Assembly (NCBI GenBank): GCA_963803435.1
Contig: CAWDML010000009.1
Coordinates: forward strand, 1,056,001-1,120,000
Length of the DNA: 64,000 nucleotides
Reading direction: 5' to 3'
DNA from: an uncultured delta proteobacterium
Lineage (GTDB): Bacteria; Myxococcota; Kuafuiibacteriia; Kuafuiibacteriales; Kuafuiibacteriaceae
Position numbers and translations under genes: made by a program
Notes under the pieces: model-generated
Databases searched by the model: none
What the model was told of the DNA's origin: nothing
The model's input: the letters and a program-made list of their open reading frames with translations, nothing else
Part shown: positions 54,447 through 64,000 of the stretch, one piece after another
How the letters are laid out: each line of letters begins with the position of its first letter
How positions within the stretch are numbered: position 1 is the first letter of the stretch

Positions 54447-56050
54447 GTGCGGGTCGTCGTCCTCGCGTTGATCGGCAGCTGTGCCGCGCCCCCGATGGCC
54501 CCGGTGGCGCCGCCCCCTCCGGCGCGTCCGCGCGGCTGGATCGGACCCGACCCCTCCGTCGGTCTCGGGGGACGCGAGCGGCCGGTGGCGCCACCCCCAC
54601 CCGTCGCGCGGATCGCGCCGCCCCATCCCCACAATGCGCGCTCGGCGCTGGGCGTGACCCTCCGGCCGGTCGGGTACGCCGACACCAGCGCGCCGTTCGC
54701 CAACCTGCTCGCGATGGGCGTGCCCTGGGTCTCGCGCTCGGCGGATCAGTGGGACGACGGTCGCCCGCTGGCGCAGAGCCCCGAGGGATGGATCACCCGG
54801 CTCGAGCGGGGCCAGGCCGCCTCTGCGCTGGTGCCCACCGGGCTGGGAGGCCGGCTGGTGCTGACCTTCGCCGGCGAAGGCACCGTCACGATCGAGAACG
54901 CTCTCAGGATCGTGGAGTCGACGAAGAACCGGATCGTGTTCGAGGCGAAGCCGCGGACCGAGGTCGTCGTCAACGTGGCGGCGGTGGACGAGCGATCGCC
55001 GCCCACGCAGATCGCGGTGGTCCCGGCGGCCCTCGAGACCAAGGGTGCGGACCGGCCGACGTTTCACCCGCTCTTCCTGGAGCGGCTCGGATCCTTCAAG
55101 GTCATCCGCCCCGTCGGCTGGGCGCGCATCGACGGCTCACCGGTGGCGCGCTGGGAGGATCGCACGAGGCCGGAGGCGGTCTTTCAGTCGAGCCCGTCGG
55201 GAGTGGCGTACGAGTACCAGATCGAGCTGGCGAACCTCCTCGGCGCCGATTCTCTGGCTCTCCGTCCCACACCTGGCCGACGACGACTTCGTGCGGCGTC
55301 TGGCCCAGCTGACGCTCGAGACGCTCCGCCCGGAGGGCCGGGTCTTCGTCGAGTGGTCCGACGAGGTCTGGCGGGACCTGCCCTCGCGGCCCCAGAGCGA
55401 CGACGCCCGCGGGAAGGGGCCGGTCCAGGCCGAGCGAAGCGCGGCGGTCTTCCGGATCTTCGGCGAGGTGTTCCGGGATCGAAGCCGGTTGGTCCGGGTG
55501 ATCGCGAGCGAGTCGGGCAACGTCGCGGCGCACCGCGCGCTGCTCGCCGCCGCCGGGCTCAAGAGTCTCACCGACGCGCTCGCGATCGCGCCGCACTTCG
55601 GGGCCGAGCTCGCCGAGCCGAGCCGGCGCGAGTGGTTGTCGCAGGCCAAGGTCGAGGAGATCCTCGATCTCCTGGAGAAGACGAGCCTCCCGGCCACCGT
55701 GGCGCGGATCGGCGCCTCCGCCGACTTCGCGCGCAAGGCCAAGCTCGACCTGCTCGCCTACGGCGGAGGCCCCGTCCTCGACGGGCCTCCCGGCTTCGAG
55801 AACGATTGGGCGCTCGCGGAGAAGCTCGACGCCGTCCGGCGCCATCCGAAGATGAAGGTGCTGCTGATGGCGCTGCTCGACGCCTGGCGCACGGCCGGCG
55901 GTCAGACGTTCGTCTACGACGGGTTCGACGGACAGCCGGGTCGCTTCGGTCGATTCGGGCGCCCTCGAGTACCTCGATCAGTCGATCGACGAGGCGCCGC
56001 TGTTCGACGCCCTCGTCGAGTTCAACACCGCCCACCCGCGCTGGTGGTGA
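54447..56050 (+). CDS. Lipoprotein related to clan GH-A 'cellulose-binding' glycoside hydrolases; apparent frameshifts near 55250 and 55954
   Basis: Lipobox IGSC; PFANL, FHPLFLERL, GVAYE, WLSVPH.ADDDFVR, VEWSDEVW, GALEYLDQ..AP, ending PRWW*; pieces lie in three successive frames. Confidence 0.65.
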
Positions 56051-57730
56051 TCACTGCTGGGCGACGAGCCGGCGGTACTTGATGCGCTTCGGTACCTCGG
56101 CGTCGGCGCCCAGGCGCTTCCTCCGGTCCTCGGCGTAGTCCGTGTACGTCCCGGGGAAGTAGTTGACGCGGCTGTCCCCCTCGAACGCGAGGATGTGCGT
56201 ACAGATCCGATCCAGGAACCAGCGATCGTGGCTGATCACGACCACGCAGCCGGCGAACTTGAGGATCCCGTCCTCGAGCGCGCGCAGGGTGTCGACGTCG
56301 AGATCGTTCGTGGGCTCGTCGAGCAGCATGACGTTGCCACCGCTCTTGAGGAGCTTCGCCAGGTGCACCCGGTTGCGCTCGCCGCCCGAGAGATCCCCGA
56401 CTCGCTTCTGCTGATCCGGGCCCTTGAAGTTGAACCCGCCCACGTACGCACGCGAGTTCACCGAGCGACCACCCAGGTCGATCGAGTCGTAGCCCTCCGA
56501 GATCTCCTCCCAGACGGTCTTGTCGGCGTCGAGGGCGTCGCGGTTCTGATCGACGTAGGCGAACTGAACGGTCTCGCCGATCTCGATCGTCCCGCCGTCC
56601 GGCTGCTCCTGGCCGGTGATCATCCGGAACAGCGTGGTCTTGCCGGCGCCGTTCGGGCCGATGATTCCCACGATCCCGGCGGGCGGCAGGATGAAGCTCA
56701 GATCGTCGAAGAGCAGCTTGTCGCCGTACGCCTTCTTGAGGCCCTTCGCCTCCACCACCTTGCTCCCCAGTCGCGGGCCCGGCGGGATGTAGATCTCGAC
56801 GGCGTCGATCCGCTCGTTGTCGGCCTGCTGCCGCAGCTCCTCGTACGCCTTGAGCCGGGCCTTGCTCTTGGCCTGGCGCGCGCGCGGTGCCTGGCGGACC
56901 CAGTCGAGCTCCCGCTCGAGCGTGCGCTGGCGAGCGCTCTGCTGCTTCTCCTCGACCTCGAGGCGCTTCCGCTTCTGGTCGAGCCACGAGCTGTAGTTGC
57001 CCTTCCAGGGGATGCCGGAGCCGCGGTCGAGCTCCAGGATCCAGCCGGCGACATTGTCGAGGAAGTAGCGGTCGTGGGTGATGGCGACGACCGTCCCCGC
57101 GTACTCCCCGAGGTGGTGCTCGAGCCAGGCGACGCTCTCGGCGTCCAGGTGGTTCGTGGGCTCGTCGAGGAGCAAGAGGTCGGGCTTCTCGAGCAGCACC
57201 TTGCAGAGGGCCACGCGGCGTCGCTCGCCGCCCGAAAGGTGCGTGACGGCGGCGTCACCCGGGGGGCACCGGAGCGCGTCCATCGCCCGCTCGAGCATGG
57301 TGTCGAGCTCCCACGCGTTGACGGCGTCGATTCTGTCCTGGAGCTTGGCCTGCTTGTCGAGGAGCTTCTCCATCTCCTCGGGCGTCATGTCCTCCCCCAG
57401 CTTCATCGAGACCGTCTCGAACTCGGTGAGGAGGTCCCGCACCTCTTGGGCGCCCTCCTCGACGTTCTCCTTGACGGTCTTGCTCGGGTCGAGCTCGGGC
57501 TCCTGCGGTAGGAAGCCAACCTTGACGCCGCGCCCGGCCTTGGCCTCGCCGACGAACTCGGTCTCCGTGCCCGCCATGATCCGGAGGAGGGTGCTCTTGC
57601 CCGCGCCGTTGATGCCGAGCACGCCGATTTTGGCACCCGGTAAGAAGGCGAGCGTGATGTCCTTGATGACCTCCTTGCCTGGATAGGCCTTGCGGAGGTT
57701 TTGCATCGTGTAGACGAACTCTTGGGTCAT
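56051..57730 (-). CDS. ettA: Energy-dependent translational throttle ABC-F protein
   Basis: Two ABC domains ([21 protein letters not shown]; [16 protein letters not shown]); [11 protein letters not shown] linker; RIKYR C-terminus. Confidence 0.96.
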   Translation of the reverse strand: MTQEFVYTMQNLRKAYPGKEVIKDITLAFLPGAKIGVLGINGAGKSTLLRIMAGTETEFVGEAKAGRGVKVGFLPQEPELDPSKTVKENVEEGAQEVRDLLTEFETVSMKLGEDMTPEEMEKLLDKQAKLQDRIDAVNAWELDTMLERAMDALRCPPGDAAVTHLSGGERRRVALCKVLLEKPDLLLLDEPTNHLDAESVAWLEHHLGEYAGTVVAITHDRYFLDNVAGWILELDRGSGIPWKGNYSSWLDQKRKRLEVEEKQQSARQRTLERELDWVRQAPRARQAKSKARLKAYEELRQQADNERIDAVEIYIPPGPRLGSKVVEAKGLKKAYGDKLLFDDLSFILPPAGIVGIIGPNGAGKTTLFRMITGQEQPDGGTIEIGETVQFAYVDQNRDALDADKTVWEEISEGYDSIDLGGRSVNSRAYVGGFNFKGPDQQKRVGDLSGGERNRVHLAKLLKSGGNVMLLDEPTNDLDVDTLRALEDGILKFAGCVVVISHDRWFLDRICTHILAFEGDSRVNYFPGTYTDYAEDRRKRLGADAEVPKRIKYRRLVAQQ

Positions 57731-57786
57731 GCCGATTGGGAGGCGATCTTGTGCGCCTTCTCAGGGTGGGTTGCAACGAGAAACGT

Positions 57787-57815
57787 TTGACCGGCATGGA
57801 GGCCGCGAGTAAGCG
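57787..57815 (+). promoter_or_regulatory. Possible sigma70 promoter for lysS
   Basis: TTGACC-N17-TAAGCG upstream of ATG 57829. Confidence 0.35.
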
Positions 57816-57828
57816 TCGAGCCCCTACG

Positions 57829-59313
57829 ATGGCGAACTCCGGCTCAGGCGGTCTCAAGGCGATCCTCGACGAACGGAGTCAGAAGGCCAAGGATTTGGCG
57901 GCGCGCGGCTGGCCGTCCTACCCGAACGGCATGGCGCCGGCGCACACCACGGCGGACGTGAGGGATGCGCCCGGGGATGCACCGCCGGAGCCGGGCGACG
58001 GCGATCCCCGCTTCTCGGTGGGCGGCCGCCTCAAGTCGGCGCGACGAATGGGCAAGGTCATGTTCTGCGACCTGTGGGATCGGCGCGGCCGGATCCAGAT
58101 CCAGATCCGGAAGGACCTGGTCGGCGAGACCACCTACGACAAGGTCAAGCTCCTCGACATCGGCGACATCGTGCTGGTCGAGGGCCCCCGCATGATCACC
58201 AAGACCAACGAGCTCACGCTCCAGGTACGGGAGATCCGGCTGGCCGCCAAGTCGATGTACCCGCTCCCCGATAAGCACGCCGGCATCGAGGACGTGGAGA
58301 CGCGCTACCGCGAGCGCTACGTCGATCTGATCGCGACCGACAAGACGCGCGACACTTTCCTGAAGCGCACGCAGCTGATCCGCTACATCCGCCGCTTCCT
58401 CGACGACCGCGACTTCATGGAGGTCGAGACGCCGATGCTGCACGACCTGGTCGGCGGCGCCGCGGCCAAGCCGTTCATCACCCACCACAACGCGCTCGAC
58501 ATGGATCTGTACTGCCGGATCGCGCCCGAGCTGCACCTCAAGCGCCTGGTGGTGGGCGGCTTCGAGCGCGTCTACGAGATCGGAAGAAACTTCCGGAACG
58601 AGGGGTTGTCGACCAGGCACAATCCCGAATTCACCATGCTCGAGTTCTACTACGCGTGGGCGACGTACGAGACGCTGATGTCGCTCACCGAGGAGATGCT
58701 CCGGGGCGCCGCCCTCGAGCTCACGGGCGGCACCGCGGTGAAGTACGGCGAGCACGTGCTCGACTTCGGCAAGCCCTTCGCGCGCATCCCGGTGAAGGCC
58801 GGCCTCCTCCGGAAGGTCCCGGGCCTCGACCTCGCCGATCCCGACGCCCTCTGCCGCGCCGCCACCGACGCCGGCTTTCACCTCGACCGCAAGCACCCGG
58901 TGGGGAAGCTCCAGATGGAGCTGTTCGAGCACCTCTGGGAGGAGGACCTGATCCAGCCCACCTTCGTCACCGACTTCCCCGTGGAGGTCTCGCCGCTGGC
59001 GCGCCGGAAGGACTCGGATCCCTCCGTCACCGACCGCTTCGAGCTCTACATCGCGGGTCGCGAGACCGCGAACGCCTTCTCCGAGCTCAACGATCCCGAA
59101 GATCAGCGCGCCCGCTTCAAGGCGCAGGTCGCGGCCAAGGCGGCCGGCGATCAGGAGGCGATGGACTACGACGAGGACTACTGCCACGCGCTCGAGATCG
59201 GGATGCCGCCCACGGCGGGCGAGGGGCTCGGCATCGATCGCCTGGTCATGATCTTCACGGACTCACCGTCGATCCGAGACGTGATCCTCTTTCCGCAGAT
59301 GCGGAAGGCTTAG
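57829..59313 (+). CDS. lysS: Lysine--tRNA ligase (class II)
   Basis: [50 protein letters not shown]. Confidence 0.97.
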   Translation: MANSGSGGLKAILDERSQKAKDLAARGWPSYPNGMAPAHTTADVRDAPGDAPPEPGDGDPRFSVGGRLKSARRMGKVMFCDLWDRRGRIQIQIRKDLVGETTYDKVKLLDIGDIVLVEGPRMITKTNELTLQVREIRLAAKSMYPLPDKHAGIEDVETRYRERYVDLIATDKTRDTFLKRTQLIRYIRRFLDDRDFMEVETPMLHDLVGGAAAKPFITHHNALDMDLYCRIAPELHLKRLVVGGFERVYEIGRNFRNEGLSTRHNPEFTMLEFYYAWATYETLMSLTEEMLRGAALELTGGTAVKYGEHVLDFGKPFARIPVKAGLLRKVPGLDLADPDALCRAATDAGFHLDRKHPVGKLQMELFEHLWEEDLIQPTFVTDFPVEVSPLARRKDSDPSVTDRFELYIAGRETANAFSELNDPEDQRARFKAQVAAKAAGDQEAMDYDEDYCHALEIGMPPTAGEGLGIDRLVMIFTDSPSIRDVILFPQMRKA

Positions 59314-59328
59314 GCCGCGGGAGTCGCG

Positions 59329-61588
59329 GTGGCCCGCCTCTGGCTCGGTCTCCAGCACGCGGCGATCGTCCTCATCGGACAGATCGTGCTGGCGCGTGCG
59401 CTCGAGCTCGTGCCCACGGGGACGCGCGCTCAGGGGACGGGCGCCTGCATCACCTCGCTCTTGATGGTGATCTCCGGCTTCATCCTGGGCGTCCGGGAGA
59501 AGCGCCGCCGCGGCCAGCTCTTCCAGGCGATCGACGAGTCCCCGCGGCTGGAGAAGGACGACGACCTCCGCCGCCGCGCGCTCCGCATGCTCGAGGAGGC
59601 GCTCGCCCCCTGGACCGCCGCGCCCTGGGCCCTGGTGTTCACCTCGGCGCTGGTGCTGGTGGTGCTCGGGCTGGTGGGCCCGCTCGGGCTGGTCGATCCG
59701 CTGCTGTCGCCGTCGGCCACCGGCGAAGGCGGGATCGCGCGCGCGCTCTGGGGCACCGATCTCCACGTTCTTCCCGGGCGCCATGCTGATCGGCATCGGC
59801 TCGGTGCTCGGCGTGAACAAGGGCCCCGGCACCGTCCGCTGGGCGTTCCTGGGCCTGGGCTTCTTTCTCTCCTCGTCGGTGCTCTTCGCGTACCTGGCCC
59901 GGTTCACCTCGTACGATCCGGCGGTGATCGCGTGGGTGACGGTGACCGGCGTCGGCACGGCCGCGTTCCTCACCGGCTTCTTCGTCTCCTGGGGACGGAA
60001 GCGGCTGGCCTTCGTCGAGCTGGCGATGATCGCGCTGATGGCGGGCTTCGTGCTCTATCTGGCGGCCGCCGTGGGGCCGCCCGAGTGGACGCGCTCCTCG
60101 AACCTCCCGGACGAGCAGGTGCTCCTGTCGCTGGCGGTCATGCCGGCGATGGGAATCATGGCGCTCCTCACCGTCGGCGGGAGCATCGGCTTCCTCCTCT
60201 TCGGCGGCGGCCGCTTCGATCCTGGCTTCCGGTTCGAGGCGCAGGTCGGCCTGCGCTATCTGAAGGCGCACCGGCGGGACGGTTTCGTCGGCATCGTCAC
60301 CGTCATCGCCGTCGTCGGCGTCTGCCTGGGCGTGATGGCGCTGATCATCGTCCTGTCGATCATGAGCGGCTTCGAGGACGACCTGAAACACAAGATCCTC
60401 GGCGCGCACGCCCACATCGTGGTGGAGAAGCAGGGCAACGACTTCACCGAGTACGAGGACGTCAAGAAGCGCGTCCTCGGCATCGACGGGGTGAAGACCG
60501 CGGCCGCCTACGTGATGGGCGACGCCATGATCTCCACGGACATCGGCCTCTCGGGGACGCTGGTGAAGGGGGTCGATCCTGCCGATCGCCAGGCGACGGA
60601 CGAGCTCCGGACCAACGTGGTGAAGGGCGACCTCGACTACCTCCTCGATCCCTCGCAGATCCCGGGTCAGTCCTCGTCGCTGTTCGAGTTTCCGCCGCCG
60701 ACGCAGGTCAAGACCTCGAGCGAGGCCGGCGGGCAGCCCTTCGAGCTGGCGGTCCCGGTCATACGCGACAAGCCGGCCCGTGCCGAGCGGGTCCTCCCCG
60801 GGATCATCATCGGCCGCGAGCTGGCCCGCACGCTGCGCGCGTACGTGGGCGACACCGTCAAGCTGGTCTCGCCCATGTCCGAGGACATCGGACCGCTCGG
60901 TCCCACGCCCAAGCTCCGGCGCTTTCGGGTGGCCGGCATCTTCTACTCCGGCATGTACGAGTACGACGCCAAGTTCACGTACATCCAGATGAAGGAGGGC
61001 CAGCGCTTCTTCGGGCAGCGCCACAAGGCCAACGGCATCGAGATCAAGGTGACCGACGTCGACGAGACCAGCCGCATCGACGAGGAGATCAAGCGCGTCC
61101 TGGGCGGGTTCCCGTACACCGTCAAGGATTGGCGGTTCATGAACAAGGAGCTGTTCTCGGCGTTACTCCTGGAGAAGCTGGCCATGTTCATTGCGCTGGC
61201 GATGATCGTGATGGTCGCGTCGTTCCTGATCGTGGCCACGCTCGTGATGATCGTGCTCCAGCGCGGCAAGGAGATCGCAATCATGAAGTCGCTGGGGGCC
61301 AGCGACGCCTCCATCATGAAGATCTTCGTGTTCCAGGGGCTGATCGTCGGCGTCGGCGGCGCCGTGCTGGGCGTGATCTGCGGCGTGGTGATCTGCATGC
61401 TCCTCGAGCGCTTCGGCATCAAGCTCGACGAGAAGGTCTTCTACATCGAGAACCTCCCGGTCGTGATGGAGTGGGCCGAGGTGTCGGTGATCGCGACGGC
61501 CGCCATCATCATCAGCTACCTGGCGACGATCTACCCCGCCATGACGGCGGCCCAGCTCCGCCCGGTGCAGGGCCTCAGGGACGACTGA
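59329..61588 (+). CDS. lolC: LolC/E-family ABC permease with multi-TM N-terminal extension; apparent frameshift near 59756
   Basis: GLRYLK, GVMALIIVLSIMSGFE, GMYEYD, DWRFMN..LFSAL..EK, EIAIMKSLGA, ATIYPA. The upstream hydrophobic ORF joins in frame if one base is removed at ACCGATC. Confidence 0.82.
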
Positions 61589-61589
61589 C

Positions 61590-62282
<693 letters not shown>

Positions 62283-62294
62283 CGAGACGCGCGC

Positions 62295-64000
62295 GTGCTG
62301 GTCGCGATCTGCTTCTTCCTCTCGGGCGCCGCTGCGCTGATCCTCCAGGTTCTCTGGACCCGGATGCTGGGTCACGTCTTCGGCGCCACCGCGCTCGCGA
62401 TCTCGACCACGCTCTCGGTCTTCATGGGCGGCCTGGCGCTCGGCAGCCATCTCGGGGGCAAGCGGGCCCCCCGGCTCTCGCACCCGGTCCTGGCCTTCGC
62501 GCTGCTCGAGACCTCGATCGGCCTGTACGGCCTCCTGGTGCCGACGCTCCTCGGTCTGATGGGACCCCTGCAGGCGGCGCTCGCCCTCGATCTCGGTGAC
62601 GCGCTCTGGGGCTACGCGCTGTTCCGCTTCCTCCTGGTGGCGCTGATCCTGATCGTGCCCACCACAGCGATGGGCGCCACGCTCCCGATCCTCGCCGAGG
62701 GCGTGGTGAAGAAGAGCGAGCACCTGGCCGGCAAGACCGGGCTCCTCTACGCCGCCAACACGTTCGGCGCGGTGGTGGGCTCGTTCGCCGCCGGCTTCGT
62801 CCTGATCCCGGACCTCGGCATCACCACCACGGTCTACCTGGCGGCCGGCATCGACCTCTTCGTGGCCGTCTCGATCCTGGTGCTCTTCAGGCTGGCGGGC
62901 GAATCAGCCCTGGTCCGCTCGCGACGGACGCAAACCGCGGACGATCGCCTCCGCGAGCTGGAGCCGGTGGAGCTGAAGCCGATCACACCGCTGCAATCCA
63001 GGTTGACGCTGCTGGTGTTCGCGCTCTCGGGCGCCGCTGCCATGGCCTTGGAGGTGCTCTGGTCCCGCGCCATCGGCATGACGATCGGCGCCAGCACCTA
63101 CTCCTTCACGCTGATCCTGACCACGTTCCTGGTCGGCCTCGCCGTCGGCGCCCACGTGATCAGCCGGCGGGTCGACCGCATCACCGATCCGATCCGCTGG
63201 CTCGCCTGGACCGAGGTCCTGGTGGGCGGCCTCGCCGCCACCGCCTCGATGTTCATCGACAAGCTCCCCCTCTGGCTCCACGCCACCGCGCGCACCGCGG
63301 GGATCACGATGGGCCACATCTACGTGACCAACTTCCTGATCATCGCGGCGGTCACGCTCCCCTCCACGCTGGCGCTCGGCGGCGTGATGCCTCTGGTGAT
63401 GCGCGTGCTGGCGCCCAGGGGCGTCGCCCACGCGGGCCCTCTGGTGGGGCGGGCCTACGCCGTCAACACCATGGGTGCGATCGCAGGGAGCTTCGCCGGC
63501 GGGTTCCTGATCCTGCCCCTGCTCGGCGTCGAGCACGGGCTGGAGGTGGCGGCCTTCCTGAGCGTCTCGCTGGGCGTCCTGCTGGCGGTGACGCTGCCCG
63601 AGCTGCGGCGGAACGTCCTCGCCACCGCCGCAGCGGCCCTGGCGCTGATCCTGTTCGCGCCGCGCTGGGACATGCAGTCGTGGACGGCCGGCCTGTTCCG
63701 CATGTACCTGGCGAAGAACGTCTACGCCGACGGCTGGGTGCCGAACGGCCGGATCCTCTATCACCGCGACGGCATCGCCACCTCGGTCACGATCGATCAG
63801 GCCGAGCCCAGCAAGAGCATCTCGCTCAAGGTCAACGGGAAGACGGACGCCAGCGACGTCGGAGACATGCCGACGCAGGTCCTCTCGGGCCTGCTCCCGA
63901 TCTTCCTCCACCCCGGCACGCCCAAGGAGGTGCTGGTGATCGGCTACGGCTCGGGCGTCACCCCAGGCGCGGTGCTGCAGGCCCCGATCGCTCACCTCGA
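62295..64000 (+). CDS. Fused MFS-like membrane domain / spermidine synthase-like protein (3' end outside window; absent from ORF track)
   Basis: FFLSGAAALILQVLWTRML..VFG, FMGGLALGS, MGATLP, LYAANTFGAVVG, LKVNGKTDAS, VLVIGYGSGVT. Start is GTG 62295, or ATG 62279 if the (GC)n run is miscalled. Confidence 0.87.
   Translation, partial: MLVAICFFLSGAAALILQVLWTRMLGHVFGATALAISTTLSVFMGGLALGSHLGGKRAPRLSHPVLAFALLETSIGLYGLLVPTLLGLMGPLQAALALDLGDALWGYALFRFLLVALILIVPTTAMGATLPILAEGVVKKSEHLAGKTGLLYAANTFGAVVGSFAAGFVLIPDLGITTTVYLAAGIDLFVAVSILVLFRLAGESALVRSRRTQTADDRLRELEPVELKPITPLQSRLTLLVFALSGAAAMALEVLWSRAIGMTIGASTYSFTLILTTFLVGLAVGAHVISRRVDRITDPIRWLAWTEVLVGGLAATASMFIDKLPLWLHATARTAGITMGHIYVTNFLIIAAVTLPSTLALGGVMPLVMRVLAPRGVAHAGPLVGRAYAVNTMGAIAGSFAGGFLILPLLGVEHGLEVAAFLSVSLGVLLAVTLPELRRNVLATAAAALALILFAPRWDMQSWTAGLFRMYLAKNVYADGWVPNGRILYHRDGIATSVTIDQAEPSKSISLKVNGKTDASDVGDMPTQVLSGLLPIFLHPGTPKEVLVIGYGSGVTPGAVLQAPIAHL

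Overview
High-GC (roughly 70% by eye) bacterial chromosome segment. Gene content points to Myxococcota or related deltaproteobacteria (several Hanks-type Ser/Thr kinases, an MglA-like GTPase, PrkA/YeaH, a CFI-box protein); this assignment is an inference. The window is mostly housekeeping genes: prkA-yeaH, glnD, gdh, ppk1, dinG-like helicase, lon, treS, pyrD, pyrH-frr-uppS-cdsA-rseP-tsaB, truA-plsC-rplM-rpsI, a stand-alone rpsD, 2-oxoacid dehydrogenase E1/E2, tadA-tRNA-Ser-SRP RNA-dnaX-ybaB-recR, ettA, lysS-lolC/E-lolD. No rRNA, CRISPR array or prophage was seen. Four things stand out. (1) A 1,022-bp element (41998-43019) sits in a duplicated CTAG, with ~66-bp terminal inverted repeats containing hexamer arrays, and carries a four-helix-bundle gene plus an internally deleted IS1182-type transposase. 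(2) One ORF (28289-30241) reads like a polyprotein: secreted domain, CFI-box-CTERM anchor, a second internal signal peptide, then an outer-membrane beta-barrel. (3) Six apparent frameshifts and one conserved-motif substitution all lie at or beside GATC, suggesting a DNA-methylation footprint in the assembly. (4) An MglA-like GTPase without MglB overlaps a PocR-type histidine kinase. All calls come from reading motifs by eye; no searches were run.
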